A stretch of DNA of 64,000 nucleotides from Shinella sp. (GCA_003248775.1 QFQX01000023.1:940-64939); one strand, 5' to 3'. Positions 46,052 through 57,236 are shown, counted from the stretch's first letter. Numbers and translations: made by a program. The notes: generated by a model not told the origin, from the sequence alone.

Positions 46052-46984
46052 ATGACGGAGAAGAAGGCGGCAACCTTGATCGGCGTTCCCCTTGAAGAAG
46101 GCTCCGGCCGCGGCGGGTGTGCCATGGGGCCGGCTGCGCTGCGCATCGCCGGGATCAGCCATGCGCTCGGAGAGCTTGGCTACGCCGTCACCGATATCGG
46201 CGACCTTCGTCCCGCCCCCGCAACGGATCTGCCCCGCCACCAGAATGCACGTCACCTGCCGGTTGTTGCTGCCTTTACCCGCGCGCTGGAGGATCGCACC
46301 TATCAGGCGGCCCATGCCGGCACCATCCCCATCCTGCTCGGCGGCGATCACAGCCTTTCCATGGGCAGCGTCTCCGGCATGGCCCGCCACGCAGCAGATC
46401 TCGGCCGGCCGCTCTATGTTCTCTGGCTGGACGCGCACACCGACTTCAATTCCCCGGAAACATCCCCTTCGGGCAACATGCACGGCATGCCGGTCGCATT
46501 CTTCTGCGGAAAGGCGGAATTCACGCCGATCCTGCCGGCCGGACGGCCGCTGGTCGAGCCGAGCCACGTCTATCAGGTCGGCATCCGCTCGGTCGATGAA
46601 GAGGAGCGCGTGGCAATCAGGAAGAACAAGGTCAACGTTTTCGACATGCGCGCCATCGACGAGGAAGGCGTCGGCGCCATCATCCGCCGTATCATCGCCG
46701 ACGTCTCGAACGCCAATGGCCTTCTGCATGTCAGCCTCGACGTGGATTTTCTCGATCCGGATGTCGCGCCGGGCGTCGGCACGACGGTTCCCGGCGGCGC
46801 TACTTTCCGTGAAGCGCACCTGATCATGGAAATGCTGCACGACAGCGGGCTCGTTTCTTCGCTCGATCTGGTCGAACTCAATCCCTTTCTCGATGACCGG
46901 GGCAAGAGCGCCCGCGTGATGGTCGAACTGGCTGCCAGCCTGTTCGGACGCCGGGTTCTCGATCGCCCCACCCGCGCTGCGTGA
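46052..46984 (+). CDS. rocF: arginase
   Basis: Mn-binding motifs GGDHSLSMGS, DAHTDFN and SLDVDFLDP. ATG at 46052 with AGGAGA RBS. Confidence 0.88.
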   Translation: MTEKKAATLIGVPLEEGSGRGGCAMGPAALRIAGISHALGELGYAVTDIGDLRPAPATDLPRHQNARHLPVVAAFTRALEDRTYQAAHAGTIPILLGGDHSLSMGSVSGMARHAADLGRPLYVLWLDAHTDFNSPETSPSGNMHGMPVAFFCGKAEFTPILPAGRPLVEPSHVYQVGIRSVDEEERVAIRKNKVNVFDMRAIDEEGVGAIIRRIIADVSNANGLLHVSLDVDFLDPDVAPGVGTTVPGGATFREAHLIMEMLHDSGLVSSLDLVELNPFLDDRGKSARVMVELAASLFGRRVLDRPTRAA

Positions 46985-47017
46985 ACACGGAACGGATACA
47001 CGCATACTTCCTGCCAC

Positions 47018-47058
47018 ATACGGTCAGGGCGATGACGCGCCCTGACCGTATTTCATTG
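47018..47058 (+). terminator. putative terminator after arginase
   Basis: 14-bp perfect stem ATACGGTCAGGGCG / CGCCCTGACCGTAT with a 6-nt loop, then TTTCATT. Confidence 0.55.
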
Positions 47059-47428
47059 AACCAGAACGCCGGCCACCTGCTTACGACCTTCCACAATTCT
47101 CGAGAGAGACGACATCATCATGGATGAATGAGGCCATTCACATCCGGCGGCGATATAGAAGTAATTCTTCAATCAAGAAATAGCTAATGGTTGATATAAC
47201 AAAAAATGCAACCAAAGATAATCTATCTGGACCCGATATAGTTGATATTCAGGTCAAAAAACCACCAATAAGGATATTTTAACTCAAATACTCATATATT
47301 TTGCCCCGAAAATAAAACAAATCCCGGGACAAATCCCGAGGGGACATTCAGTCAGATTTGACTATTGCCAAATTCTGTCTGGGAGCCATCGTGATGAGAA
47401 ACGGAACGCTCGGAGCAAAGGCGCTTAT

Positions 47429-49216
47429 ATGACGATCCTGATGCCCTTCGGTTCGGATGCAAAGGCAATCCTCGCCGCAATCAGCAAGTCCCAGGCAATG
47501 ATCGAATTCGATCTGCAGGGAAACATTCTCCTTGCCAACGAGAATTTCTGCAAAGCACTTGGTTATGATCTCGGGGAGATAAAAGGCAAGCATCACCGCA
47601 TGTTCTGCGATCCGGCCTATGTAGCCTCTCCAGAATACAAGGAATTCTGGGCCAAGCTCGCCAGGGGCGAATTCGATGCGCGCGAGTACAAGCGTATTGC
47701 CAAGTCCGGCAAGGAGGTCTGGATCCAGGCTTCGTACAACCCCGTTTTCTCCGGCGGTAAACCCTACAAGGTCGTGAAGTTCGCGACCGATATCACCGAA
47801 GCAAAGCTGAAGGCGGCGGAAGACTCCGGCAAGCTCGACGCAATCTCCCGTGCGCAGGCAACCATCGAATTCACGCCCGGCGGGGAAGTACTGACGGCCA
47901 ACGAGAACTTCCTGTCGACGCTCGGCTACACGCTGCCGGAGATCCGCGGCAAGCATCACTCGATGTTTTGCGAGCCCGCCTATGTCCACAGTAACGATTA
48001 CAAGCTCTTCTGGCAGAAACTCGCCGGAGGCGAGTTCATTGCCCAGGAGTTCAAGCGCATCGGCAAGGGCGGAAAGGTCGTCTGGATCCAGGCATCCTAC
48101 AACCCGATCTTCGATATGAACGGGAAAGTCTTCAAGGTCGTCAAATTCGCAACGGACATCACCGAACGTGTGCGCGCCGTTGATGATCTTGCAATTGGCC
48201 TGACCGCACTTTCGAATGGCGACCTGACGACGCGCATCGAGAAGGCCTTCATACCGACCCTCGAAAAGGTCCGCACCGACTTCAACGCCTCGATCGAAAA
48301 GCTGCAGGGCGCCATGCGCACCGTCGGCGAGAACGCGGAAGGAATTGCCGCCAGCTCGGCGCAGATCCACGCCGCCTCCGACAGCCTCGCCACCAGAACC
48401 CAACAACAGGCGGCCGCTGTCGAAGAGACTGCAGCAGCGCTGGAGGAAATCACTCAGACGGTCGCCGACAGTTCCAAGCGCGCCGGCGAGGCGGGCCAAC
48501 TGGTTGCCCGCACCAGGACAGCCGCGGAACGCTCCGGCCAGGTAGTGAAAAATGCCATTGGCGCCATGGGCCAGATCGAGAACTCGTCGAATGAGATTTC
48601 CAACATCATCGGCGTCATCGATGACATCGCTTTCCAGACCAACCTGCTGGCGCTGAATGCAGGCGTAGAAGCAGCCCGTGCTGGCGAAGCCGGCAAGGGT
48701 TTTGCCGTCGTCGCGCAGGAAGTCCGCGAACTCGCCCAACGGTCCGCGAATGCTGCAAAGGAAATCAAGACGCTGATCCATACTTCCGGCGATCAGGTGA
48801 AGAACGGCGTTTCGCTGGTCGGCGAGACTGGCAGGGCGCTAGACCAGATCGTGGCCGAGGTGCAGGAGATCGACCGCAACGTCGCCGCCATCGTCGATGC
48901 TTCACGCGAACAGTCAACTGCGCTGCAGGAAATCAATCGCGCCGTGAACGGGATGGATCAGAACACCCAGCAGAATGCGGCCATGGTCGAAGAAACATCG
49001 GCTGCCAGCCATAGTCTTGCGCGGGAAGCAGAAACACTCAAGAATCTGCTCGCGCAATTTAGATTTGGGCAACACTCTTCCGGTACAGTAAAACTAGCGC
49101 GTCCTGATGCTTCGCCCGTCGCATCCCCGGCACGCACACTCATGGCAAAGGTCGCCCGCGCCTCCACCGGCGCAGCCGCTTCTGCCCAGGCACAGGAAAG
49201 TTGGGAAGAATTCTGA
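47429..49216 (+). CDS. soluble methyl-accepting chemotaxis protein with two PAS domains
   Basis: Two PAS repeats ([20 protein letters not shown] / [20 protein letters not shown]). Conserved signalling hairpin [40 protein letters not shown]. No TM helix. C-terminal SWEEF. Confidence 0.88.
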   Translation: MTILMPFGSDAKAILAAISKSQAMIEFDLQGNILLANENFCKALGYDLGEIKGKHHRMFCDPAYVASPEYKEFWAKLARGEFDAREYKRIAKSGKEVWIQASYNPVFSGGKPYKVVKFATDITEAKLKAAEDSGKLDAISRAQATIEFTPGGEVLTANENFLSTLGYTLPEIRGKHHSMFCEPAYVHSNDYKLFWQKLAGGEFIAQEFKRIGKGGKVVWIQASYNPIFDMNGKVFKVVKFATDITERVRAVDDLAIGLTALSNGDLTTRIEKAFIPTLEKVRTDFNASIEKLQGAMRTVGENAEGIAASSAQIHAASDSLATRTQQQAAAVEETAAALEEITQTVADSSKRAGEAGQLVARTRTAAERSGQVVKNAIGAMGQIENSSNEISNIIGVIDDIAFQTNLLALNAGVEAARAGEAGKGFAVVAQEVRELAQRSANAAKEIKTLIHTSGDQVKNGVSLVGETGRALDQIVAEVQEIDRNVAAIVDASREQSTALQEINRAVNGMDQNTQQNAAMVEETSAASHSLAREAETLKNLLAQFRFGQHSSGTVKLARPDASPVASPARTLMAKVARASTGAAASAQAQESWEEF

Positions 49217-49695
49217 TGGCAACGACGATCAACTCCACGACCTTCGGCGGGGAAACCCTCGAAATCATCGCCTTCCGCCTGCATGATCAGGAATTCTGCG
49301 TGAAGACGACCACGATACGCGAAATCCGCGGCTGGGCTCCGTCGACACCGATCCCGCATGCTCCCGCCGATGTCATCGGCGTCATGAACCTCCGCGGTTC
49401 GGTTATCCCGATCATCGACCTCGCCTATAAGCTCGGCATGAAGAGCACGGTTGCCAACGAACGCTCCGCCATCGTCGTCGCTGAAGTGCATAACATGGTC
49501 ATCGGAATGCTCGTCGACCGCGTCTCCGACATCCTTACCATCCCGTCGAGCCAGGTGCAGCCCGTTCCGGAAATCTCCGCCTCCTTCGACAAATCCTTCT
49601 CTGAAGGCATAATCGCCAACGAGAACGGCATGATCTGCTTCCTGAATCTCTCAAAGATGTTCAAGGGCACCGAAGCGGAAGACCTCGCGGCCTGA
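49216..49695 (+). CDS. cheW: chemotaxis coupling protein CheW
   Basis: About 159 aa with a CheW-like domain (LEIIAFRLHDQEFCV...VMNLRGSVIPIIDL). The ATG overlaps the MCP stop (TGATG). Confidence 0.88.
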   Translation: MATTINSTTFGGETLEIIAFRLHDQEFCVKTTTIREIRGWAPSTPIPHAPADVIGVMNLRGSVIPIIDLAYKLGMKSTVANERSAIVVAEVHNMVIGMLVDRVSDILTIPSSQVQPVPEISASFDKSFSEGIIANENGMICFLNLSKMFKGTEAEDLAA

Positions 49696-49730
49696 TCCCT
49701 TCACAATCGGACGGATACTCCTTGCTTCGA

Positions 49731-49759
49731 AGGCTCCATTCGTGGGGCCTTTTTCGTTT
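49731..49759 (+). terminator. rho-independent terminator after cheW
   Basis: AGGCTCC-attcgt-GGGGCCT stem followed by TTTTCGTTT. Confidence 0.65.
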
Positions 49760-49913
49760 CACGCTCCCCTTCGTGTTTAAGTTTATCAAAATTTGCTTAT
49801 GTAATTAGAAGATTATTAAATATGGAAATGCCATCATAACGTGTATTCCGGTGTGATCGCCGACATGACGGCACAGCCGGAGGGAGGCCGCGGCCAAGGG
49901 AAAGGCAACTCGG

Positions 49914-51590
49914 ATGGCATGGTTTGCAGCAAGCAGTGATTCCAGCAACGTACGTTCCGCACTTTCTAAGTCCCAGGCAATGATCGAGTTCGATCTGACC
50001 GGGACCATTCTCGATGCCAATGAGAACTTCTGCCAAACGGTCGGCTACAACCGGGAAGAGATCGTCGGCAAGCACCACAGGATCTTCTGCGATCCTGCCT
50101 ATGCGGAATCGGCTCAGTACCGCGAATTCTGGACCAGTCTGGCCTCCGGCAAGTTCGACGCCCGCGAGTACAAGCGCTTCGGCAAGGGCGGTCGGGAAAT
50201 TTGGATCCAGGCCTCCTACAACCCCGTCTTTTCCGGCGGCAAGCCGTACAAGGTGGTCAAGATCGCCACCGACATCACCGAAGCAAAGAAGAGAAGCCTC
50301 GAGGATGCCGACAAGATTGCCGCCATTTCCCGTTCCCAGGCCGTGATCGAATTCACCCCGGACGGGCGGATCCTCAAAGCCAACGAAAATTTCTGCAACG
50401 CCACGGGCTACGAACTTTCTGAAATCGTCGGCCGGCATCACAGCATGTTTTGCGATCCGGCATATGCCGCCAGCGCCGAATACAAGACCTTCTGGGCACA
50501 GCTTGCCGAAGGCCGCTTCACGGCCAATGAATTCGTCCGTTATGGCAAGGGCGGTAAGGAAGTCTGGATCCAGGCATCCTACAATCCCATTCACGACCTG
50601 AACGGGCAGGTCTACAAGGTGGTCAAGTTCGCAACCGATGTCACGCCGCGCATGACAGCAATCGACGCTCTGGGCCGCGCGCTGAATGCCGTCGCCGACG
50701 GCGATCTCTTGCAGTGCCTCGACCAGCCTTTCGTTCCGACCATGGAAAAGGTCCGTCAGGACTTCAACAGCGCCGTCGCCAAGCTGCGCAACGCCCTCCA
50801 GACGGTCGCCATCAATGCGGAAGGCATCGCATCAGCCTCCGCCGAAGTGCGCGAGGCCTCGGATGATCTCGCACATCGCACCGAGCGTCAGGCCGCCTCG
50901 CTCGAAGAAGCCGCCGCCGCCCTCGAGGAAATCACCACCACCGTCGCCGACGCCAGCCGCAGGGCAGACGAAGCAGGCCGCCTAGTTCGGGAGACGCGCA
51001 AGAGTGCGGAGACCTCCGGCGAAGTCGTCGAACAGGCCATCGAGGCCATGAGCCGCATCGCAGAATCGTCAAAGCAGATCACCAGCATCATCGGCGTCAT
51101 CGACGAGATCGCCTTCCAGACCAATCTGCTGGCGCTGAACGCCGGCGTCGAGGCCGCCCGTGCCGGAGAGGCCGGCAAGGGCTTTGCCGTCGTTGCTCAG
51201 GAAGTACGGGAACTGGCGCAGCGCTCGGCACAGGCGGCCAAGGAAATCAAGACGCTGATCCACACATCCGGCGAGCAGGTAAAGAGCGGCGTCTCATTGG
51301 TCGGCAGGACGGGAGCGGCGTTGCACGAGATATCCTCCCGCGTCGGCGAGATAGACACCAACGTCACGGCCATCGTCGGCGCCTCCCGCGAACAGTCCGG
51401 CGCACTCAGGGAAATCAGCCAGTCCGTCAACCATATGGATCAGGCGACCCAGAAGAATGCTGCCATGGTCGAGGAAACCACGGCTGCCAGCCACGGTCTC
51501 GCGCGAGAGGCGGAAAGCCTGCACAATCTTCTCGGCGATTTCCGGATAGGCCGACCCGGTGACATCAGGCACTCACTCGTCGCGGCATAG
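49914..51590 (+). CDS. soluble methyl-accepting chemotaxis protein with two PAS domains (paralog)
   Basis: Same architecture and long identical stretches with the 47429-49216 product. Lacks the C-terminal xWxxF pentapeptide. Confidence 0.88.
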   Translation: MAWFAASSDSSNVRSALSKSQAMIEFDLTGTILDANENFCQTVGYNREEIVGKHHRIFCDPAYAESAQYREFWTSLASGKFDAREYKRFGKGGREIWIQASYNPVFSGGKPYKVVKIATDITEAKKRSLEDADKIAAISRSQAVIEFTPDGRILKANENFCNATGYELSEIVGRHHSMFCDPAYAASAEYKTFWAQLAEGRFTANEFVRYGKGGKEVWIQASYNPIHDLNGQVYKVVKFATDVTPRMTAIDALGRALNAVADGDLLQCLDQPFVPTMEKVRQDFNSAVAKLRNALQTVAINAEGIASASAEVREASDDLAHRTERQAASLEEAAAALEEITTTVADASRRADEAGRLVRETRKSAETSGEVVEQAIEAMSRIAESSKQITSIIGVIDEIAFQTNLLALNAGVEAARAGEAGKGFAVVAQEVRELAQRSAQAAKEIKTLIHTSGEQVKSGVSLVGRTGAALHEISSRVGEIDTNVTAIVGASREQSGALREISQSVNHMDQATQKNAAMVEETTAASHGLAREAESLHNLLGDFRIGRPGDIRHSLVAA

Positions 51591-51613
51591 GTAGAGCGTA
51601 CCGGCGACACCAT

Positions 51614-51657
51614 AAGGCAGAGGCAAACGATGTTTTGTCTCTGCCTTTTCGGTTTTG
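51614..51657 (+). terminator. rho-independent terminator after second MCP
   Basis: AAGGCAGAGGCAAA-cgatgt-TTTGTCTCTGCCTT stem followed by TTCGGTTTTGG. Confidence 0.75.
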
Positions 51658-51741
51658 GGAAATCACACTCCGGCAAATGGTGAGAAGGTCTTTCGGGGAG
51701 TGCTTCGACCACCCTCGAAAGACAGGAACAGACGAGTCCGC

Positions 51742-51972
51742 TTACGCTGCTACCGGCCGTTTCACCGCCTTGGAGGCCTCGATCACCAGCGGCAACAACC
51801 CCTCGCCACCCTTGTCGATATGCTCGAAGAACTGGCGGCGCATACGCGGCTCCCAGAACTTGTTGATGTGGTTCGCAACGCCCTCCACCCGCACGTCCTC
51901 CGGCTGGGAAAGGAAGAAGGTGGCGATCTGGTTCGCCATGCGAACGATCTTTTCCGAGGTGTCATGCGACAT
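51742..51972 (-). CDS. fdsD: formate dehydrogenase delta subunit
   Basis: MSHDTSEKIVRMANQIATFFLSQPE...HINKFWEPRMR is the typical FdsD pattern. Last gene of the fds operon. Confidence 0.8.
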   Translation of the reverse strand: MSHDTSEKIVRMANQIATFFLSQPEDVRVEGVANHINKFWEPRMRRQFFEHIDKGGEGLLPLVIEASKAVKRPVAA

Positions 51973-52780
51973 TGGCGGCAACTCCAGCGACGATGCGCTC
52001 CGATCCGGTGAAAACTTCGAAATCATGCCCTCGGGCGATACCGATCAGCGTCATGCCCGCTTCTTCCGCTGTGCGAATGGCAAGCGCGGTCGGCGCCGAA
52101 ATGGCGACCAGCACCGAAGCGCCGAGAATGGCGGCCTTCTGCACCATCTCCACCGAGAGGCGACTGGTGACGACCACGACGCCCTCCTCGCCCCGAAGAC
52201 CGGCGCGCAGCACCGCGCCCACCAGCTTGTCCAGCGCGTTGTGACGCCCGACATCCTCGCGAATGGCCAGAAGACCCTCGCCCGGCACGAAGAAGCCTGC
52301 GCCATGCACAGCGCGTGTTTCACGGTTCAACACCTGGGCGCGACCAAGGGCCGTCATGGCTTCCTCGATATCTTCAGGCGCAAGACGCAAGCCTGCGGCC
52401 GCCACCCGCGGCACCGGACGGCTTGCCTGCTCGATCGATTCGATACCGCAAAGGCCGCATCCGACAGGACCCGCCATCCGCCGGCGGCGCACCGTCAGCG
52501 CATCCGCCGTCGCATCCCGAAGCGTCACCTGAACATCGAGCCCCGCCCCGGCTTCCAGCGGTTCGACTGCAAGGATCTCGTCCGGCGAGGTGATGATCCC
52601 TTCCGCCAGCGAAAAACCGAAGGCGAAGTCCTCGAGATCCGCCGGCGTCGCCATCATCACCGCATGGGTGGACCCACCATAGGAAAACGCTATCGGCGTT
52701 TCCTCCGGCACAGCTCTCGATGACGGCGCAAGCACGCCATCGCGGAACTGCAGTTCGCGGGCGGACAGGTAAGTCTTCAT
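51962..52780 (-). CDS. fdhD: formate dehydrogenase accessory sulfurtransferase FdhD/FdsC
   Basis: 272 aa with the conserved GPVGCGLCG motif and an FdhD-like body. Confidence 0.88.
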   Translation of the reverse strand: MKTYLSARELQFRDGVLAPSSRAVPEETPIAFSYGGSTHAVMMATPADLEDFAFGFSLAEGIITSPDEILAVEPLEAGAGLDVQVTLRDATADALTVRRRRMAGPVGCGLCGIESIEQASRPVPRVAAAGLRLAPEDIEEAMTALGRAQVLNRETRAVHGAGFFVPGEGLLAIREDVGRHNALDKLVGAVLRAGLRGEEGVVVVTSRLSVEMVQKAAILGASVLVAISAPTALAIRTAEEAGMTLIGIARGHDFEVFTGSERIVAGVAANVA

Positions 52781-52792
52781 GCAATCTGGCTC

Positions 52793-55675
52793 CTACTCCG
52801 CCGCCTCCAGCTTTCCGGCGATGCGACGCGAACGACGTGACAGCTCCTCATAGTCCTGCTGCCAATCGGTCGGACCGTTGGAGGGCGAGATCTGCACGGC
52901 CGTCACCTTATATTCCGGGCAGTTGGTTGCCCAGTCGGAATAGTCCGTGGTGATGACATTCGCCTGCGTATCGGGATGGTGGAAGGTCGTATAGACCACG
53001 CCTGGAGCCACCCGGTCGGTGATCAGTGCACGAAGCGTCGTATCGCCGGAACGGCTGGAGAGCTTGACCCAGTCGCCTTCCTTGATGCCCCGCTGCTCGG
53101 CGTCATGCGGATGGATTTCCAGCCGGTCTTCCGCATGCCATGTGACATTGTCCGTCCTGCGGGTCTGCGCACCGACATTATACTGCGACAGGATGCGACC
53201 GGTCGTCAGAAGCAGCGGGAAGCGTGGTCCAGTCCGCTCGTCGGTCGCGACATATTCTGTCCGGATGAACTTGCCCTTGCCGCGCACGAAGCCGTCGATG
53301 TGCATGATCGGCGACCCCTCGGGGAACTTCTCGTTGCATGGCCACTGCACCGAGCCCATCTTGTCGAGATAATCATAGGAGACGCTGGCAAAGCTCGGCG
53401 TCGTCGCGGCGATCTCGTCCATAATCTCGGAGGGATGCTTGTAGTTCCAGTTGAGGCCCATGGCCTGAGCGAGCTTCTGGGTGATCTCCCAGTCGCCATA
53501 GCCATTCTTCGGGGTCATCACCTTGCGCACGCGATTGATACGACGCTCGGCATTGGTGAAAGTGCCGTCCTTTTCGAGGAAGGTCGAGCCCGGCAGGAAG
53601 ACATGGGCGTAATTGGCCGTCTCGTTGAGGAAGAGATCCTGCACCACCACACATTCCATTGCGGCGAGACCGGCCGATACATGCTTGGTGTCGGGATCGG
53701 ATTGCAGGATATCCTCGCCCTGAATGTAGATGCCCTTGAATGAGCCATCGACGGCCGCATCCAGCATGTTGGGAATGCGCAGGCCCGGCTCGCTGTCGAG
53801 CTTGACGCCCCAGAGCTTTTCGAAGGTCTCGCGCGTCGCATCGTCGGAAACGTGGCGATAGCCCGGAAGCTCGTGCGGGAACGACCCCATGTCGCAGGAG
53901 CCCTGCACATTGTTCTGGCCGCGCAGCGGATTAACGCCAACGCCCGGACGCCCGATATTGCCGGTTGCCATTGCAAGGTTGGCGATCGCCATGACCGTGG
54001 TCGAACCCTGGCTGTGCTCGGTCACGCCGAGACCGTAATAGATCGCGCCATTGCCACCGGTCGCAAACAGCCTTGCGGCGCCGCGCATCAGATCAGCCGG
54101 AACGCCGGTAAACGCTTCGGTCTCTTCCGGGCTGTGCTGCGGCTCGGCAACGAAGGCCGCCCAGTCCTCGAATTCCGACCAGTCGCACCGTTCGCGGATG
54201 AACCTCTCGTCGAACAGGCTTTCCGTCACGATGACATGGGCAAGCGCCGTCATCACGGCGACATTGGTGCCCGGTTTCAGCGACAGATGATAGGCTGCCT
54301 CGACATGGGGACTGCGCACGATATCCGTGCGGCGGGGATCGACGACGATCAGCTTCGCGCCCTGACGCAGCCGCTTCTTCAACCGCGAGCCGAACACCGG
54401 ATGACCGTCCGTCGGGTTGGCGCCGATCACCATGACCACGTCGGAATGCTCGACGGAATCGAAATCCTGCGTGCCGGCCGAGGTGCCGAAAGCCTGACCC
54501 AGACCGTAGCCGGTCGGCGAGTGGCAGACACGGGCGCAGGTATCGACATTGTTGTTGCCGAAACCGGCGCGGATCAGCTTCTGGACGAGGAAGGTTTCCT
54601 CATTGGTGCAGCGGGAGGACGTGATGCCGCCGATCGAATCCTTGCCGTACTGGTACTGGATACGGCGGAACTCGGTCGCCACATGGGCATAAGCCTCTTC
54701 CCATGTGACCTCGCGCCAGGGATCGCTGATCTTTTCGCGGATCATCGGATTGAGGATGCGGTCCTTGTGGCTGGCATAACCATAGGCGAAACGGCCCTTG
54801 ACGCAGGAATGGCCGCGATTGGCCTTGCCGTCCTTCCACGGTACCATGCGCACCAGTTCCTCGCCGCGCATCTCCGCCTTGAACGAGCAGCCGACGCCGC
54901 AATAGGCACAGGTGGTGACCGCCGAATGCTCCGGCTGGCCGATGGCGATCACCGATTTTTCCGTCAGCGTGGCAGTCGGGCAGGCCTGCACGCAGGCGCC
55001 GCAGGAGACGCATTCGGACGAGAGGAATTGCTCGTGCATGCCGGGCGAAACACGGCTGTCGAAGCCGCGGCCTTCGATGGTCAGCGCAAAGGTGCCCTGC
55101 ACCTCTTCACAGGCTCGCACGCAACGGGAGCAGACGATGCACTTCGCCGGATCATAGGTGAAATAGGGGTTGGATTCGTCTTTCGGCATCCAGCGGGCGT
55201 TTACCTCGCCGACACCATCACGCGCCTTGACGTGATTGTCGCCCTCATAGCCGTAGCGGACATCACGCAGACCAACGGCACCGGCCATGTCCTGCAGCTC
55301 GCAATCGCCATTGGCGGCACAGGTCAGACAGTCCAGCGGATGGTCGGAGATATAGAGCTCCATCACCCCCTTGCGGATCTGCTTCAGCCGGTCCGTCTGG
55401 GTATGCACGACCATTCCCGGTGCGCAGGGCGTGGTGCAGGAGGCCGGGGTGCCGTTGCGGCCCTCGACCTCGACGAGACAGAGGCGGCACGAGCCGAAGG
55501 CATCGACCATGTCGGTCGCGCAGAGCTTCGGCACCTGGATGCCCGCCTCCATGGAGGCACGCATGATCGAGGTGCCCGAAGCTACGGTGACCTGCCGGCC
55601 ATCGATCGTCAGCGTCACCGTCTCGGTGGATTTCGATGCTGGCGTGCCGTAGTCGATTTCGTGAATGAGAGACAT
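52793..55675 (-). CDS. fdsA: NAD-dependent formate dehydrogenase alpha subunit
   Basis: About 960 aa with N-terminal 2Fe-2S and 4Fe-4S Cys clusters plus a molybdopterin oxidoreductase body. ATG at 55673-55675 (MSLIHEIDYG). Confidence 0.9.
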   Translation of the reverse strand: MSLIHEIDYGTPASKSTETVTLTIDGRQVTVASGTSIMRASMEAGIQVPKLCATDMVDAFGSCRLCLVEVEGRNGTPASCTTPCAPGMVVHTQTDRLKQIRKGVMELYISDHPLDCLTCAANGDCELQDMAGAVGLRDVRYGYEGDNHVKARDGVGEVNARWMPKDESNPYFTYDPAKCIVCSRCVRACEEVQGTFALTIEGRGFDSRVSPGMHEQFLSSECVSCGACVQACPTATLTEKSVIAIGQPEHSAVTTCAYCGVGCSFKAEMRGEELVRMVPWKDGKANRGHSCVKGRFAYGYASHKDRILNPMIREKISDPWREVTWEEAYAHVATEFRRIQYQYGKDSIGGITSSRCTNEETFLVQKLIRAGFGNNNVDTCARVCHSPTGYGLGQAFGTSAGTQDFDSVEHSDVVMVIGANPTDGHPVFGSRLKKRLRQGAKLIVVDPRRTDIVRSPHVEAAYHLSLKPGTNVAVMTALAHVIVTESLFDERFIRERCDWSEFEDWAAFVAEPQHSPEETEAFTGVPADLMRGAARLFATGGNGAIYYGLGVTEHSQGSTTVMAIANLAMATGNIGRPGVGVNPLRGQNNVQGSCDMGSFPHELPGYRHVSDDATRETFEKLWGVKLDSEPGLRIPNMLDAAVDGSFKGIYIQGEDILQSDPDTKHVSAGLAAMECVVVQDLFLNETANYAHVFLPGSTFLEKDGTFTNAERRINRVRKVMTPKNGYGDWEITQKLAQAMGLNWNYKHPSEIMDEIAATTPSFASVSYDYLDKMGSVQWPCNEKFPEGSPIMHIDGFVRGKGKFIRTEYVATDERTGPRFPLLLTTGRILSQYNVGAQTRRTDNVTWHAEDRLEIHPHDAEQRGIKEGDWVKLSSRSGDTTLRALITDRVAPGVVYTTFHHPDTQANVITTDYSDWATNCPEYKVTAVQISPSNGPTDWQQDYEELSRRSRRIAGKLEAAE

Positions 55676-55679
55676 GGCT

Positions 55680-57236
55680 TTACTCCGCTGCTTCAACGAA
55701 TGGGGTTGGCGCGAAATCTTCAGGGAAATGCGTCATGGCGCTCATGACCGGATAGGGCGTGAACCCGCCAAGCGCGCAGAGCGATCCGAACTTCATGGTG
55801 TTGCAGAGGTCGCCGAGCAGCGCCCTGTTCTTCTCCGGCTCGATGCCACGGGCGATCCGATCGACCGTCTCCACCCCGCGGGTCGAACCGATGCGGCAGG
55901 GCGTGCACTTTCCACAGCTTTCGACCGAGCAGAATTCCATGGCGAAACGGGCCTGCTTCAGCATGTCGACCGTATCGTCGAATACGACGATACCCGCATG
56001 ACCGATCAGGCCATCCTTCGCCGCGAAAGCCTCGTAGTCGAAGATCGTGTCGAACAGCGAGGGCGGAAAATAGGCGCCGAGCGGCCCGCCGACCTGCACC
56101 GCCTTGACCGGACGACCGTTGGCCGTGCCGCCGCCGATGTCGTAGACAAGCTCTCCGAGGGTGAGACCGAAAGCCGTCTCGTAAAGACCGCCATGCTTGA
56201 CGTTGCCTGCGAGCTGGATCGGGATCGTGCCATGCGAGCGGCCGACGCCGTAATCGCGGTAGAAGGCAGCCCCCCGGTCCATGATGACCGGCACCGACGC
56301 CAGCGACATGACGTTATTGACCACGGTCGGACAGCCGAAAAGCCCCTGAAGCGCCGGCAGCGGCGGCTTGGCGCGCACGATGCCGCGCTTGCCTTCCAGC
56401 GAGTTGAGAAGCGACGTCTCTTCGCCGCAGACATAGGCGCCCGCGCCCATGCGGACTTCCATGTCGAAAGCGCGGCCACATCCCATCACGGAAGGACCGA
56501 GAATGCCGGCCTCCCGTGCGATCCGGATCGCTTCCGTCATAACGCGGATCGCATGGGGATATTCCGAGCGGGTGTAGACGTAGCCCTTGGTCGCCCCGGT
56601 CGCGAGGCCGGCAATCGCCATCCCCTCGATCAGCACGAAGGGATCGCCCTCCATGATCATCCGGTCGGAAAACGTGCCGCTATCGCCCTCATCCGCATTG
56701 CAGACGATGTATTTGCGATCACCCGGCGCATCGAGAACCGTCTTCCATTTGATCCCGGTCGGGAACCCCGCACCGCCTCGTCCGCGCAGACCGCTGTCGG
56801 CCACCTGCTTGACGATATCGGCAGGCGCCATGGCGATCGCCTTTTCCAGTCCCTTAAGGCCCTGGTATTGGCGATAATCCTCCAGAGAAAGTGGATCGGT
56901 CACGCCACAGCGAGAAAAGGTAAGGCGCGTCTGACGCGACAGGAAGGGCATATCCCTCGTCTGCCCATGCAAGAGCGGATGCTCGCCGCCCTCAAGGAAA
57001 TTGGCGTCGAACAGCCCGGGCACATCAGAGGCCTTCACAGGTCCATAGGCGACACGATGATGGTCGGAGCGAACCTCGACAAGCGGCTCCAGCCAGAGGA
57101 GGCCGCGCGAACCGTTGCGCACCACATGCACATCGAGGCCGCGAGCCTTTGCCTCGCGCTCGATCGCTGCGGCCACCTTGTCGGCACCAACGGCAAGTGC
57201 GGCAGAATCCCCGGGAACAAAAATGGTTACGGTCAT
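55680..57236 (-). CDS. fdsB: NAD-dependent formate dehydrogenase beta subunit (NuoF-like)
   Basis: 518 aa with a NuoF-type FMN/NADH domain (GLRGRGGAGFPTG) and a 4Fe-4S motif (ESCGKCTPCR). Confidence 0.9.
   Translation of the reverse strand: MTVTIFVPGDSAALAVGADKVAAAIEREAKARGLDVHVVRNGSRGLLWLEPLVEVRSDHHRVAYGPVKASDVPGLFDANFLEGGEHPLLHGQTRDMPFLSRQTRLTFSRCGVTDPLSLEDYRQYQGLKGLEKAIAMAPADIVKQVADSGLRGRGGAGFPTGIKWKTVLDAPGDRKYIVCNADEGDSGTFSDRMIMEGDPFVLIEGMAIAGLATGATKGYVYTRSEYPHAIRVMTEAIRIAREAGILGPSVMGCGRAFDMEVRMGAGAYVCGEETSLLNSLEGKRGIVRAKPPLPALQGLFGCPTVVNNVMSLASVPVIMDRGAAFYRDYGVGRSHGTIPIQLAGNVKHGGLYETAFGLTLGELVYDIGGGTANGRPVKAVQVGGPLGAYFPPSLFDTIFDYEAFAAKDGLIGHAGIVVFDDTVDMLKQARFAMEFCSVESCGKCTPCRIGSTRGVETVDRIARGIEPEKNRALLGDLCNTMKFGSLCALGGFTPYPVMSAMTHFPEDFAPTPFVEAAE

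Noticed and set aside
47348-48781. 477-aa minus-strand ORF (and 49797-50594, 265 aa)
   Set aside because: They are antisense to the two MCP genes, whose signalling-domain motifs are unambiguous. These are shadow ORFs.
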